64,000 nucleotides of DNA from Candidatus Baltobacterales bacterium (GTDB lineage: Bacteria > Chloroflexota > Dormibacteria > Dormibacterales > Dormibacteraceae): positions 45,814 through 109,813 of the forward strand of contig DATLUC010000031.1 of NCBI GenBank assembly GCA_035533335.1. The letters are read 5' to 3'. The position numbers were made by a program, and so were the translations under genes. Of the stretch, positions 55,131 through 64,000 are shown piece after piece. The notes under the pieces are model-generated. The model was not told the DNA's origin. It saw nothing but the letters and a program-made list of their open reading frames with translations, and ran no database searches. Position 1 is the first letter of the stretch. Every line of letters starts with the position of its first letter.

Positions 55131-55616
55131 TCAGGTGGCGACGATGCGGTGGCGGTTCTTGCTCGTCACGGTGTAGGTGCCCGAGGACGTGGTAACCCGC
55201 AGGTCCACCACGTACTCCCCATAGCTCAGCGGCGCGATGATCGATTTATCGCTCGTGCATGCGCTCGTGATGGTGAGCTTGATCGACGCGCTCGCACCAG
55301 CCGGCACGCTGGTCGGCGCGAAGGTGGCGCTCCCTGCGTCGTACGTTGCGCCGATCTTCTCGAGCCAGGGCCCCTTGATCGCCTGGAGCTTCAACTGGGC
55401 CGTGACCGATTGGATCGTGACCGGGGCAGATGTCGGGTTGTGCGCGTCCACGCTTGCGTGCAGCGGGTAGGGCGTGTTGTTGGATCCGGACGGGCAGGCG
55501 AACGTGGCATCGACCGTTTCGTTGTCCAGGCTGAACCTGGCCGGCGAGGACGAGCAACCAGCAGTGAGCGCGCAAGCGGCGAGCGCCGCCAGCGGGAAAC
55601 CGGTTGCTCTCCTCAT
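55131..55616 (-). CDS. Lipoprotein, unknown function
   Basis: ATG 55616 gives MRRATGFPLAALAACALTAGCSSS (lipobox LTAGC). The mature part is rich in beta-strand residues. Confidence 0.55.
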   Translation of the reverse strand: MRRATGFPLAALAACALTAGCSSSPARFSLDNETVDATFACPSGSNNTPYPLHASVDAHNPTSAPVTIQSVTAQLKLQAIKGPWLEKIGATYDAGSATFAPTSVPAGASASIKLTITSACTSDKSIIAPLSYGEYVVDLRVTTSSGTYTVTSKNRHRIVAT

Positions 55617-55870
55617 GGGGCGCGCCGACCTCGTTCGGTGGCGGTTGCGACAGCGAGCAGGCCGCTGAACACCGCGCCCTCGAACAGGCCGTAGAAGATC
55701 GAGCGCAGCAGGGGCTGGTTGAATGGGCCGATATTGATCAACAGCATGAGCGCCGCGAACACCGGGAACGACAGCGCGAGCTGCCTCCAGGTCTCCAGCC
55801 TCTCCCACCAGAGCACGAGCTGCGGTGGGGGCCTGTCGTTTCCCTTTTGGCCTGCGCGCGGGGTCCGCAT
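55613..55870 (-). CDS. Small two-TM membrane protein
   Basis: 85 aa. The stop overlaps the lipoprotein start (ATGA). Confidence 0.45.
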   Translation of the reverse strand: MRTPRAGQKGNDRPPPQLVLWWERLETWRQLALSFPVFAALMLLINIGPFNQPLLRSIFYGLFEGAVFSGLLAVATATERGRRAP

Positions 55871-55888
55871 CGATCCGGATGATATGCC

Positions 55889-56407
55889 GTGAACCTGGGA
55901 CCGGCCGTCCGCCTCATCGCGCTGGCCGCATTCCTTCTATGTGTGGCTGCCTGCGACCCCGTGATGGGGACCGGTTCCGGCAACCCGCCGGACCTTTCCC
56001 ATTACATCCAGGTCAACTCCGGCGACCAGTCGGTGGTCGTGATCCTCGTCGCGGGATATCCGGCGAGCGATTACCAGTTCAACTACGACGGATACGGCAG
56101 CGGCGCGCTCGTGCTCACGGTCCCGGTCGGGTGGAGCGTGACGATCCAGTGCGAGAACCATGGCACGGTGCCGAACTCGTGCTCGGTGGTCAGGGGGCGG
56201 CAGGACACCGCGCCCGTGGATCCGCAGTGGTCGACGCCCGATCCGACACTTGGGCTGGGCCCGGGGCAGTCCGCCAGCTTCGAGTTCCAGCCCACCCAAA
56301 CGGGCAGCTTCCGCATCGCCTCACTGGTCGGCGGCAACGAGGCCAGCGGCATGTGGGCCGACCTCGAGGTGACGTCCGGCGGCAAGCCCACGCTGACCGG
56401 AAGCTGA
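55889..56407 (+). CDS. Cupredoxin/sulfocyanin-like lipoprotein lacking the Cys and His copper ligands
   Basis: Lipobox LLCVAAC. FNYDGYGSGALVLTVPVGWSVTIQCENHG and FRIASLVGGNEASGMWADLEV resemble sulfocyanin, but where the type-1 copper site would be C..GH..GM this protein has S..GN..GM. Confidence 0.5.
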   Translation: MNLGPAVRLIALAAFLLCVAACDPVMGTGSGNPPDLSHYIQVNSGDQSVVVILVAGYPASDYQFNYDGYGSGALVLTVPVGWSVTIQCENHGTVPNSCSVVRGRQDTAPVDPQWSTPDPTLGLGPGQSASFEFQPTQTGSFRIASLVGGNEASGMWADLEVTSGGKPTLTGS

Positions 56408-56463
56408 TCGCGTTGAGCATCGCCTGTCGAAGGCGCGAGTGCGCCGCGCTATTGTGAGCGCCG

Positions 56464-56909
56464 ATGGGTCACCTGGACTCGCAGCGATCCCTGCCTGTCC
56501 TCGGCTCCGAGCCATCCGGCTTCAGCCCGGTGGCGAAGAAGCTGCGCCTGGCGCCTGAGCACAAAGTCGTCGTCTTGAACGCGCCCGAAGGGTACTTGGC
56601 CCGGCCGAAGCCCGGGCCACTGCCGTCGAGCCATCGGAAATCTATGACGTGGTGCAGCTGTTTGTGAGCGACGTCGAAGAGCTGCGCAGGTTCGGGCGCG
56701 TAGCAGTGACAGCTCTCAAGCCCAACCGGCTCCTGTGGATCACCTACCCGAAGGACGGCGCGAGCGGGGGCGCCGCCGATCTCCCCACGACACCCTGGTG
56801 GATGCAGCGTGACGTGCTCGGCGAGGTCACCTCGGAGACCGGATTCAAACCCGTTGCGTTCGTGGCGATAGACGACCACTGGACGGCCCTGCGGTTCAAG
56901 CGCACCTGA
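56464..56909 (+). pseudogene. DUF3052-like protein split by a frameshift near 56611-56625
   Basis: Track ORFs 56464..56667 and 56649..56909 are in different frames. Frame 1 gives VAKKLRLAPEHKVVVLNAPEGYLA...GPLP. The other frame continues (A)VEPSEIYDVVQLFVSDVEELRRF...LLWITYPKDG... The junction lies in the CCCGGGCC/CTGCCG region. Confidence 0.55.
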
Positions 56910-56952
56910 CGATCCAGGCGCGCTGCGTCGAAGCGCACGGTCCGGTCGGCGT

Positions 56953-57594
56953 TTGACCCGAATCCTGGCGGTCGCCGACGAGGTCGATGAGACGCTCGAG
57001 GGCGAGAAGCTGGCGGCGCTCAGGCCCGACATCGTCATTTCGTGCGGCGACCTCCCGTACGACTACCTGGAGTATCTCGTCAGCGTGCTGAACGTGCCCC
57101 TTCTTTATGTGCCGGGCAACCACGACCCGAGCTTGAGCTCGGCCGACCCGACCTGGGTCCCGCTCCAGGCCGAGGAGCCCATGGCGGGGCCGCGAGGCTG
57201 CGAGAGCGTGGACGGGCGGGTGATCGAGACAGCGGGCCTGCGCGTTGCGGGGTTGGGCGGCTGCGTCCGCTACCGGCGCGGTGTCAACCAGTACACGCAG
57301 GGTGAGATGCGCAGGCGCGCGCTCAATCTCGAGCTGCGGATTCGCTTGAAGCGGGCCGCGCAGGGCCGCCGCCGGCTGGACGTCTTCGTGACACATGCGC
57401 CGCCATTCGGAATCGCCTCGGCCCAGGATGCCGCGCACGCCGGTTTCGTGGCGTTCGAACGCGTGATTCGGAACTTCGAACCGCTGCTCGCGGTCCACGG
57501 GCACATCCATCCATACGGGCGAAGCCAGCCCGAGCGTTCGATTGGCTCAACCCGGATCCTCAACGCGGTGCCGTCCCGTCTGATCGAGGTCTAA
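56953..57594 (+). CDS. Metallophosphoesterase
   Basis: Motifs ILAVADEVD, SCGDL, GNHD, VTHAPP and HGHIH. TTG start. Confidence 0.8.
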   Translation: MTRILAVADEVDETLEGEKLAALRPDIVISCGDLPYDYLEYLVSVLNVPLLYVPGNHDPSLSSADPTWVPLQAEEPMAGPRGCESVDGRVIETAGLRVAGLGGCVRYRRGVNQYTQGEMRRRALNLELRIRLKRAAQGRRRLDVFVTHAPPFGIASAQDAAHAGFVAFERVIRNFEPLLAVHGHIHPYGRSQPERSIGSTRILNAVPSRLIEV

Positions 57595-58553
57595 AGCGCG
57601 AGCGAGACTCCGGCGCCTTCGGCGACCGCCCGGTCGTACACGAGGCGTGCGGTGGCGGCATCCTCCACTGCGTGCCCGGTCGATTTGTAGAGGGTGATCT
57701 CGTCCTTGTTGCGCCTTCCGGGCCGCGTTCCGGCCAGGACCTCGCCGACCTCCGTGATCGACCCGGGGTCGACGCCCTGCAGCTCGACCGCGCCCGCCGG
57801 CGGCGGGGTGCTCGAGGATCCGCGCCATTCCACGAACACGCTGCTCGCGGCGACGGTCTCCGCGTCGACCTCCGGCCCCCACGTGCCGCCCACCGAGCTG
57901 ACGTGGGCGCCCTTTTTTAACCATTCGCGCCGGATGACCGGCGTGCGCGCATCGGTGCAGCAGGCCACCACGTCGGCGCCGCGGGTCGCCTCTTCGAAGG
58001 AGCTGGACACATGAGCGCGTGGGTACCGCGCGGCCAGCGCCCCCGCGTGATCCGCGTTGCGCGAAGCGATGCGGATCTCCTTGAAGTCCCGGACTCTCGG
58101 GAAGGTCTCGAGGTGGGACCACCCCTGAACGCCTGCTCCGAGAATCGCGAGCACCGAAGAATCCTCGCGCGCCAGCGCCCGTGCGGCGACCGCCGCCGTC
58201 CCGCCCGTGCGGATGGCCGTGATGTAGGTCCCGTCCATCACCGCCAGCGGGGCGCCCGTCGCCTCGTCGAAGATCGCGATCAGGCCCTGATGAGATGGGA
58301 GCCCCACATCGTGGTTGGCCGGGAAGACCGAGACGAGCTTCACCTCCAGCGCGATACCAGGCACATAGCCGGGCATGGCTCCGAGGATTCCGCGCTCGCC
58401 GACGCGAGCGCCGGCCCGCGGTGGCACCGAGGTGACACCGGAGGAGAACAGCACGAGGGCCTTGCCCAGGGCTTCGAGCATCGCGTCGATATCCAGCATC
58501 CGTTCGACCTCTGCACGGCTTAGGTACAGGAGTCCGCCCACGGCGGCGATCAT
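57591..58553 (-). CDS. Ornithine cyclodeaminase/mu-crystallin family protein
   Basis: 320 aa with TAIRTGGTAAVAARAL and ILGAGVQG (Rossmann). OCD-like throughout. Confidence 0.9.
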   Translation of the reverse strand: MIAAVGGLLYLSRAEVERMLDIDAMLEALGKALVLFSSGVTSVPPRAGARVGERGILGAMPGYVPGIALEVKLVSVFPANHDVGLPSHQGLIAIFDEATGAPLAVMDGTYITAIRTGGTAAVAARALAREDSSVLAILGAGVQGWSHLETFPRVRDFKEIRIASRNADHAGALAARYPRAHVSSSFEEATRGADVVACCTDARTPVIRREWLKKGAHVSSVGGTWGPEVDAETVAASSVFVEWRGSSSTPPPAGAVELQGVDPGSITEVGEVLAGTRPGRRNKDEITLYKSTGHAVEDAATARLVYDRAVAEGAGVSLAL

Positions 58554-58561
58554 AGAGGTAA

Positions 58562-59764
58562 GTGAAGGAGTTCCTCCGCAACGGCAAGCTGCTGACCCTG
58601 ATGCTGGGTCACCTCACGGTCGACAGCTACGCCGGGATCATCCCCGTCCTTTTCCCCTTGCTCATAGGGCGCTTCAGCCTGAGCCTGGCGACGGTCGGCC
58701 TGGTCAGCCTCGCGTACAGCGGGATGGCGGCGGTGTCGCAACCGTTGTTCGGCTGGCTGGCGGACCGATTCGGCACCCGTCTGACCGGCCTGGCGCTGGG
58801 CTGGACCGCGATGACTTTTGCGTTGGTCGGCTTCGTCAACAGCTTCCCGCTGCTGCTTGGCCTCGCGTTCCTTTCCGGACTGGGCTCAGGCGTGTTTCAT
58901 CCGCTGGGCGCGCTGGACGTGCGCGCGCTGCTGCCCGCGTGGCGCCGCAGCGCCGGCATGTCCATCTACGTCACCGCGGGGACGGTCGGCGTCGCCCTGG
59001 GACCGCTGATCGGGATTATCGTTTTCGGGGCGTTCGGAATCCACGGCACGGGCCTCCTGGTCGTCCCCGGCCTGGCCACCGGGGGGTACCTCCTGTGGCG
59101 GATGCGCGGCCAGGTGCGCGGCGCCGCCGCAGGCGTGCGCACGGCCGCCTCAACATCGTCAAGCGTTCCGGTCTTCGCGCTGGCGATGGTCATCGGCGTG
59201 ATGATGTCGCGCAGCTGGACCGTCAACGTCTTCCAGGCCTTCACGCCCACCTGGTACAAGGAGCTCGGCTATGGGCCGGCTTTCTATGGGCCGCTCGCCA
59301 CGACCCTGGTCCTCGCGAGCGCGGTCGGCACGGTCGGATGCGGCACGCTGGCGGATCGGTTCGGCCGGCGCACCGTGATCCTGGTGACCCTGGTCCTGAG
59401 CATCCCCGCGATCCTTCTGTACACGATGTATCCCGGGCCGTGGGCCTTCGCGAGCGCGATCCTCATCGGCCTGCTTGCCGCTTCCACCGCGCCGCTGATG
59501 CTCTTGATGGCGCAGCAGCTGATGTCTGCACGTGCCGGTCTCGCCTCGGGTCTGGTCATGGGTCTCGGCTTCGTCACCGGAGCGATCGGGATCCCTGTCA
59601 ACGGCGCGATCGCCGATGCGATCGGCTTGCAGAAATCGCTGATGATGCACGTGATCCTCGTCATTGCGACCCTCGGCATCGCATGGTTCTTGCCGCGCGA
59701 AGACGAGATGGAGCGGTACAGCATCAGGTCCGAGCCTCTGCGCGCGGCGACGGATGCGCGCTGA
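58562..59764 (+). CDS. MFS transporter
   Basis: 400 aa with 12 hydrophobic segments and an MFS-like loop GWLADRFGTR. GTG start; an alternative start is ATG 58601. Confidence 0.85.
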   Translation: MKEFLRNGKLLTLMLGHLTVDSYAGIIPVLFPLLIGRFSLSLATVGLVSLAYSGMAAVSQPLFGWLADRFGTRLTGLALGWTAMTFALVGFVNSFPLLLGLAFLSGLGSGVFHPLGALDVRALLPAWRRSAGMSIYVTAGTVGVALGPLIGIIVFGAFGIHGTGLLVVPGLATGGYLLWRMRGQVRGAAAGVRTAASTSSSVPVFALAMVIGVMMSRSWTVNVFQAFTPTWYKELGYGPAFYGPLATTLVLASAVGTVGCGTLADRFGRRTVILVTLVLSIPAILLYTMYPGPWAFASAILIGLLAASTAPLMLLMAQQLMSARAGLASGLVMGLGFVTGAIGIPVNGAIADAIGLQKSLMMHVILVIATLGIAWFLPREDEMERYSIRSEPLRAATDAR

Positions 59765-59845
59765 CGCAAGGCGCATCATCATTCGCGGTCATGGGTCAGG
59801 GCGCCTGAGCTCCCTGGATAGCATCAGGTCACGTTGAGCGTGACC

Positions 59846-60220
59846 ATGTACGAGCTGGTCGGTGGTGAGCCGGTGTTCCGCCAACTGGTCCGTCGTTTCT
59901 ACGAAGGCATCGCGTCGGATCCGTTGCTCCGCCCCCTCTACCCGGAGGAGGACCTGGCAGGCGCCACGGAGCGCCTCACGCTTTTCCTCATGCAGTATTG
60001 GGGCGGCCCCGATACCTACAGCGCGCAGCGGGGCCATCCACGGTTGCGGCTGCGCCATCAACCTTTCGCGATAGGGGCCGCCGAGCGCGAGGCATGGTTG
60101 CGTCACATGACCGCTGCGGTCGACTCGCTCTCGCTGGCGCCGCAGGCGCGGAAGGCTTTGCTCGACTACTTCGAGACCGCGTCGACCGCGATGATCAATC
60201 GGCCTGCTTCGAGCCGCTAG
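59846..60220 (+). CDS. glbO: Group II truncated haemoglobin
   Basis: MYELVGGEPVFRQLVRRFYEGIASDPLLRPLYPEEDLAGATERLTLFLMQYWGGP..Y...RGHPRLRLRH.PF matches the trHbO pattern. Confidence 0.85.
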   Translation: MYELVGGEPVFRQLVRRFYEGIASDPLLRPLYPEEDLAGATERLTLFLMQYWGGPDTYSAQRGHPRLRLRHQPFAIGAAEREAWLRHMTAAVDSLSLAPQARKALLDYFETASTAMINRPASSR

Positions 60221-61892
60221 GAGTAGGCCTGGACTGGGCCGCAGCGACCCCGGGCCGGGCGGTGACGTCGGGCTGGACGAGGTCTTTCGCCACCACTGGC
60301 GCCTCCTCCAGCTCTATCGCCGGGCCGTGGCCGGCGGCCTTGGCCCGACGCAGCGCGGCGCGCAGCCTGGGGATCTGCTCGCGCAGCGGCTGCTCGACCC
60401 AGTCGAAGGCGATGACCCTCTCGTTGACCTCCCAGAAGAGGCCATGATGCAGCGACTCCATGCGGTCCAGCGCGGCGTCGACGAAATCCGGCGGCGCCGC
60501 CACAATGCCTTCGATCAGGACGCGCGCCACGTCAGGATCGCCGGCGGCCATGGCCCAGAAGGTGAGCTTGGCCACACCTTTGAACAGGCCGTTCAGACCG
60601 ATCGGTTTGGCGTTGGGGATCAGGTCGAGCAGGTTGCCGACGAGCAGGCGCGCCAGACGTCTCGAGACCTCGGCGTCCCGGGCCTGCGCCTCGATGGCCA
60701 GGTCCGCGACATCCTCTGCGGCGGCGCCGAAGATCGCGGGCATGCCGGCCTCGTCGAAGTGCCGCCCGTATCGGAGGAGATGTGCGGCGGCCTCCACGGC
60801 CAGGTCCGGCCGCCACTCGAGCGCACCGATCGCAAATCGCCGGTACTCGTTCATGATCCCCGACGCAAAGGTCGGTGCCGAGCGGTTGATCGCCGCCCGC
60901 AAATAGGTGTTGAAGAATCGCATGGAGAGCTCGGCCGCCTCCGAGTCGCCCACGTCGATGGCGGCCAGACCGACATGGCGGGTGGCCACCGCGATCGCAT
61001 GCACCGCCTCCTTGCGGTGAAGCGGGGTGAGGCCGACCATGTCAACGAAGATCGACATGATCGAGTACGGGAACCAGGTCCCGGCGCGGTTGACCTCGGC
61101 GATGATCTGGTCGGACGCCCCCGGCAGGTCGGCGTGGCCGACCTTGAACCATTCGGGGCTGAACTTCTTCTTCCCGGTCATGTAATCCCTGGCGATGAAC
61201 TGTCCTAGCACCTCGATGCTCATCACGCACACGGGCATGTCGCCGAGCTGGATGGAGCCGAAGGCGATGTCCGTCACCTGCGCGATAGAGGTCATCAGGG
61301 CGTCGCGCTCGCGCAGGTCTTTAGGCCTCTTCGCCGCGCTGCGAAGCTGGCGCGCGGCGCGGCGCATGATCCCGGCCACCAGCGTCTCAGCGCGCATCAC
61401 CTCGAAGATGTAGCCGACATAGGGGAAGAGGGTCGCGAAGTTGAGGAGTGCCAGCACCACGGCGACGGCCACGCTCAGCTTGGGAAAGTACGTGAGCGTC
61501 ACCTCCGAGCGGACCAAGAAGGTATAAAGGATCGACGCCAGCGCAAAGCCCAGCACGAGCGCGTTCAAGGCGTTGCGTGTGAAGATCCCGATGATCCGGG
61601 GCGAATACCGCGAGGACGTCCCCTGGATCCCGAACATGACCGCGACGATGACGATGCTCAGCGTTACACCCTCCGCGCCGCCCGCGAGCGCCAGCGTGCC
61701 GGCCGCGGCGGAGGCGTCTGGGTTGAAGACATCCGTGAGAGTGCGGTAGTGAGCGTCGAGGACGCCGAAGAGGATGAACATCATCAAGGCGACGGATACC
61801 AGCGCAAGGCCGGAGAGCGCGGCGCCGGCCCAGCCGACCGACATCATTCGATCGGAATGGGCAGGCCCTCGATAGGACTTCTCTTCAGACAT
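60195..61892 (-). CDS. DUF2254-family membrane protein
   Basis: Four N-terminal TM segments with SSRYSPRIIGIF, then a large soluble C-terminal region. It overlaps the glbO 3' end by 26 nt (convergent). Confidence 0.65.
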   Translation of the reverse strand: MSEEKSYRGPAHSDRMMSVGWAGAALSGLALVSVALMMFILFGVLDAHYRTLTDVFNPDASAAAGTLALAGGAEGVTLSIVIVAVMFGIQGTSSRYSPRIIGIFTRNALNALVLGFALASILYTFLVRSEVTLTYFPKLSVAVAVVLALLNFATLFPYVGYIFEVMRAETLVAGIMRRAARQLRSAAKRPKDLRERDALMTSIAQVTDIAFGSIQLGDMPVCVMSIEVLGQFIARDYMTGKKKFSPEWFKVGHADLPGASDQIIAEVNRAGTWFPYSIMSIFVDMVGLTPLHRKEAVHAIAVATRHVGLAAIDVGDSEAAELSMRFFNTYLRAAINRSAPTFASGIMNEYRRFAIGALEWRPDLAVEAAAHLLRYGRHFDEAGMPAIFGAAAEDVADLAIEAQARDAEVSRRLARLLVGNLLDLIPNAKPIGLNGLFKGVAKLTFWAMAAGDPDVARVLIEGIVAAPPDFVDAALDRMESLHHGLFWEVNERVIAFDWVEQPLREQIPRLRAALRRAKAAGHGPAIELEEAPVVAKDLVQPDVTARPGVAAAQSRPTPSGSKQAD

Positions 61893-61962
61893 CAGGATCG
61901 ACCCGGGAACACGGCCACGGCGATCCTAAGCAATCGGCACGCGGATAGCTAGAGTTGCGGCA

Positions 61963-62631
61963 ATGTTCAAGGCGATCGTCTTCGATTTCGACGGTCTGAT
62001 CCTCGACACGGAGGGCCCGGTTTACCTTTCGTGGGTCGAGGTCTACCAGGCCCATGGGGAAGAGCTTCCTTTCGAGCGCTGGGTCCAGATCGTGGGCTCG
62101 ACTACGCTCGAGTTCCACCCCCAGCACCACCTCGAGGAGCGATTGGGCAGGCCGTTGCCCCAAGAGGTGCTCGACCGTCGCGTCGGCCGCCGCACCGAGC
62201 TCGTCCTCGCGGAGAAGGTGCTGCCAGGGGTGGTCGAGCTGATCGACGAGGCCCGTGCCACCGGCATCAAGCTCGGCGTAGCGTCCAGCTCAACGAGCGA
62301 TTGGGTCAAGGGCCACCTGGCCCGGCTTGGAATCCTAAATCGGTTCGACTGCCTCCGTTGCCGGGACGACGTAGCGCACGCGAAACCGGAGCCTGACCTC
62401 TACCTGGCGGTCCTCGACTGCCTCGGCGTGGCTGCTGCTGATGCGTTTGCGATCGAGGACTCCCCCAACGGGATCGCGGCCGCCAAAAGTGCCGGGCTGC
62501 GGTGCGTCGCCATCCCCAACTCGATCACCTCAGGGCTGGACCTGTCGCAGGCAGACCTCGTGGTGGCGTCGCTGGCCGATCTCGCGCTGGCGGGGCTGGT
62601 CCAGGGGCTCAACCCGCAGAAGGCCGGTTAA
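61963..62631 (+). CDS. HAD-superfamily hydrolase (beta-phosphoglucomutase-like subfamily IA)
   Basis: Motifs FDFDGLILDTE, GVASSS, KPEPD and EDSPNG. Confidence 0.85.
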   Translation: MFKAIVFDFDGLILDTEGPVYLSWVEVYQAHGEELPFERWVQIVGSTTLEFHPQHHLEERLGRPLPQEVLDRRVGRRTELVLAEKVLPGVVELIDEARATGIKLGVASSSTSDWVKGHLARLGILNRFDCLRCRDDVAHAKPEPDLYLAVLDCLGVAAADAFAIEDSPNGIAAAKSAGLRCVAIPNSITSGLDLSQADLVVASLADLALAGLVQGLNPQKAG

Positions 62632-62642
62632 CCTATCTGCAG

Positions 62643-63677
62643 ATGCGCATTGGAGTGCTTACCGGCGGTGGCGACGCGCCCGGCCTGAACGCGGCGATCC
62701 GGGCGGTGGCCCGACGGTCTTTCCAGCTGGGACACCAGCTCAGCGGAGTCAAGAACGGGTGGGCGGGATGCCTCGAAGAAGGCCTGATCGAAGAGCTGAC
62801 GCCGGCGGACGTGCGCGGCATCCTTCCGCTCGGCGGCACCATTCTCGGCACGTCGCGCACCAACCCGCTCAAGGAAAAGAACGGGATCGCGCGAGTCATC
62901 GCCGCCCTGAAGCACAACGGCATCGACGCCCTGGTGCCCATCGGCGGCGACGACACGCTCAGCGTCGCGGCCGCTCTGCACGCTGCCGGTTTCCAGACCG
63001 TCGGGGTCCCGAAGACGATCGACAACGACCTCTCGTTGACCGAGTTCTGCATCGGGTTCGACACCGCTGTCGGCGTGGTCACCGAAGCGCTTGACCGGCT
63101 CCATACGACCGCCTCCGCCCACCACCGCGTGATGGTGGTCGAGGTCATGGGACGCGACACCGGCTGGGTCGGCCTGACCGGCGGCCTTGCCGGCGGCGCA
63201 GACCTCATAATCATCCCCGAGTTCCCCTCCACCCTCGCCGAGGTCGTCGCCCACCTCTATCGGCGGCGGGGCGACGGCAAGCTCTTCAGCATCATCGTGG
63301 TCGCCGAGGGCGCAAAGTTCGCGGACCTGGACCAGGAACAGGACAGCCAGTCGGAGAAGGACGCGTTCGGCCACGTCAGGCTGTCCAAGCGCGGCATCGG
63401 CGATCTCCTTGCCGGGAGCGTCGAAGCTGAGACAGGTTTCGAGACCAGGGTCACGGTGCTTGGCCACCTGCAGCGAGGCGGGTCACCGTCCCCGACCGAC
63501 CGGCTGTGGGCGACGCGCCTTGGCGTCGCGGCGGTCGAGCTCATCGCGGCCGGCAAGAGCGGGGTGATCCCGATCCGCCGCAACGGCGACGTCGAGGTCG
63601 TTCCGCTGGCGGATGTGGTCAAGGAGACTCGCCGCGTACCCAGGGAGCTTTACGACCTCAGCCGAGTCTTCGAGTAG
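62643..63677 (+). CDS. pfk: 6-phosphofructokinase (ATP- or PPi-dependent; not resolved)
   Basis: MRIGVLTGGGDAPGLNAAIRAV, GGDDT, PKTIDND and MGR motifs. The start is ATG 62643. Confidence 0.9.
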   Translation: MRIGVLTGGGDAPGLNAAIRAVARRSFQLGHQLSGVKNGWAGCLEEGLIEELTPADVRGILPLGGTILGTSRTNPLKEKNGIARVIAALKHNGIDALVPIGGDDTLSVAAALHAAGFQTVGVPKTIDNDLSLTEFCIGFDTAVGVVTEALDRLHTTASAHHRVMVVEVMGRDTGWVGLTGGLAGGADLIIIPEFPSTLAEVVAHLYRRRGDGKLFSIIVVAEGAKFADLDQEQDSQSEKDAFGHVRLSKRGIGDLLAGSVEAETGFETRVTVLGHLQRGGSPSPTDRLWATRLGVAAVELIAAGKSGVIPIRRNGDVEVVPLADVVKETRRVPRELYDLSRVFE

Positions 63678-63686
63678 CCAGCGGCG

Positions 63687-64000
63687 ATGGCCCCCTCTCG
63701 CAAGAAGAAGATGCTCGACCTCGCGGGCACAGGCGACGATGGGAGCACCGGGCTGCTCGGCGGCGGACGGGCCTCGAAGGACGATGCGCGGATCGAGGCG
63801 TTCGGTACCGTCGATGAGGCTTCGAGCGCCCTCGGGCTGGCCAAGGCGCTCACGGCCCAACCGCGGGTCCGCGCGATCTGCGAGGAGTTGCAGCGGGGCC
63901 TTTACTCGGTTGGCGCCGAGCTCGGCACGAACCCCGCCGCCGAAGTCGCCTTCGTCACGACCAAGCAAGCCGACGTCACCCGGCTCGACGAGCTGATCAC
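63687..64000 (+). CDS. PduO-type ATP:cob(I)alamin adenosyltransferase, 5' part (runs off the window)
   Basis: Manual translation MAPSRKKKMLDLAGTGDDGSTGLLGGGRASKDDARIEAFGTVDEASSALGLAKAL... matches the PduO-type N-terminal motif TGDxGxT...R..K.D.R.EA.G..DE. Confidence 0.8.
   Translation, partial: MAPSRKKKMLDLAGTGDDGSTGLLGGGRASKDDARIEAFGTVDEASSALGLAKALTAQPRVRAICEELQRGLYSVGAELGTNPAAEVAFVTTKQADVTRLDELI

Noticed and set aside
58553-58562. Only 8 bp between the divergent ornithine cyclodeaminase and MFS transporter start codons
   Set aside because: This is probably an artefact of choosing the longest ORFs. An internal ATG (58601) is available for the MFS gene, so no unusual promoter architecture can be claimed.

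Overview
GC-rich segment (third codon positions are almost all G/C) carrying about 80 tightly packed genes. Many are translationally coupled through 1-4 nt start/stop overlaps (ATGA, GTGA, TTGA, TGATG). The gene content looks like a Terrabacteria chromosome of the Actinomycetota or Chloroflexota type: F420-type LLM oxidoreductase, LCP protein, group II truncated haemoglobin, holin-X/DUF3618/YihY cluster. That placement is inference only. I saw no rRNA, tRNA, CRISPR array, transposase, integrase or prophage genes.

Confident calls include an enolase-superfamily/sugar-isomerase operon, beta carbonic anhydrase, DUF47-PiT phosphate uptake pair, UbiB-type kinase, gnd, kbl-tdh, bacterial topoisomerase IB, a MerR-receiver hybrid coupled to a KaiC-like ATPase, DD-carboxypeptidase, HD-GYP protein, citramalate synthase, a circularly permuted ATP-grasp/alpha-E/transglutaminase cluster, NRAMP, proline dehydrogenase, patatin, LCP, ornithine cyclodeaminase, PFK and a PduO-type adenosyltransferase.

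The signals I rate highest are not visible in the ORF track:
1. Two genes are each interrupted by a single in-frame TGA exactly where a redox or catalytic cysteine belongs. One is a SelW/Rdx-like protein with CVP-TGA. The other is a rhodanese-CBS protein with TGA at the C-X4-R active-site position. Each TGA has a GC hairpin 11-13 nt downstream, so these are candidate selenoproteins.
2. A 20-codon leader ORF rich in isoleucine codons sits in front of citramalate synthase, with mutually exclusive antiterminator and terminator hairpins.
3. A 32-codon signal-peptide-like ORF with a strong Shine-Dalgarno lies 68 nt upstream of an XRE-HTH/TPR regulator. A histidine kinase and a stand-alone receiver flank the pair, which gives an RRNPP-like peptide-signalling layout.

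Several other genes are disrupted: an amber codon in an agmatinase-family gene, a truncated APC permease, two homopolymer-associated frameshifts and a DUF72 remnant. These indicate either gene decay or assembly errors, and they temper the recoding interpretations.
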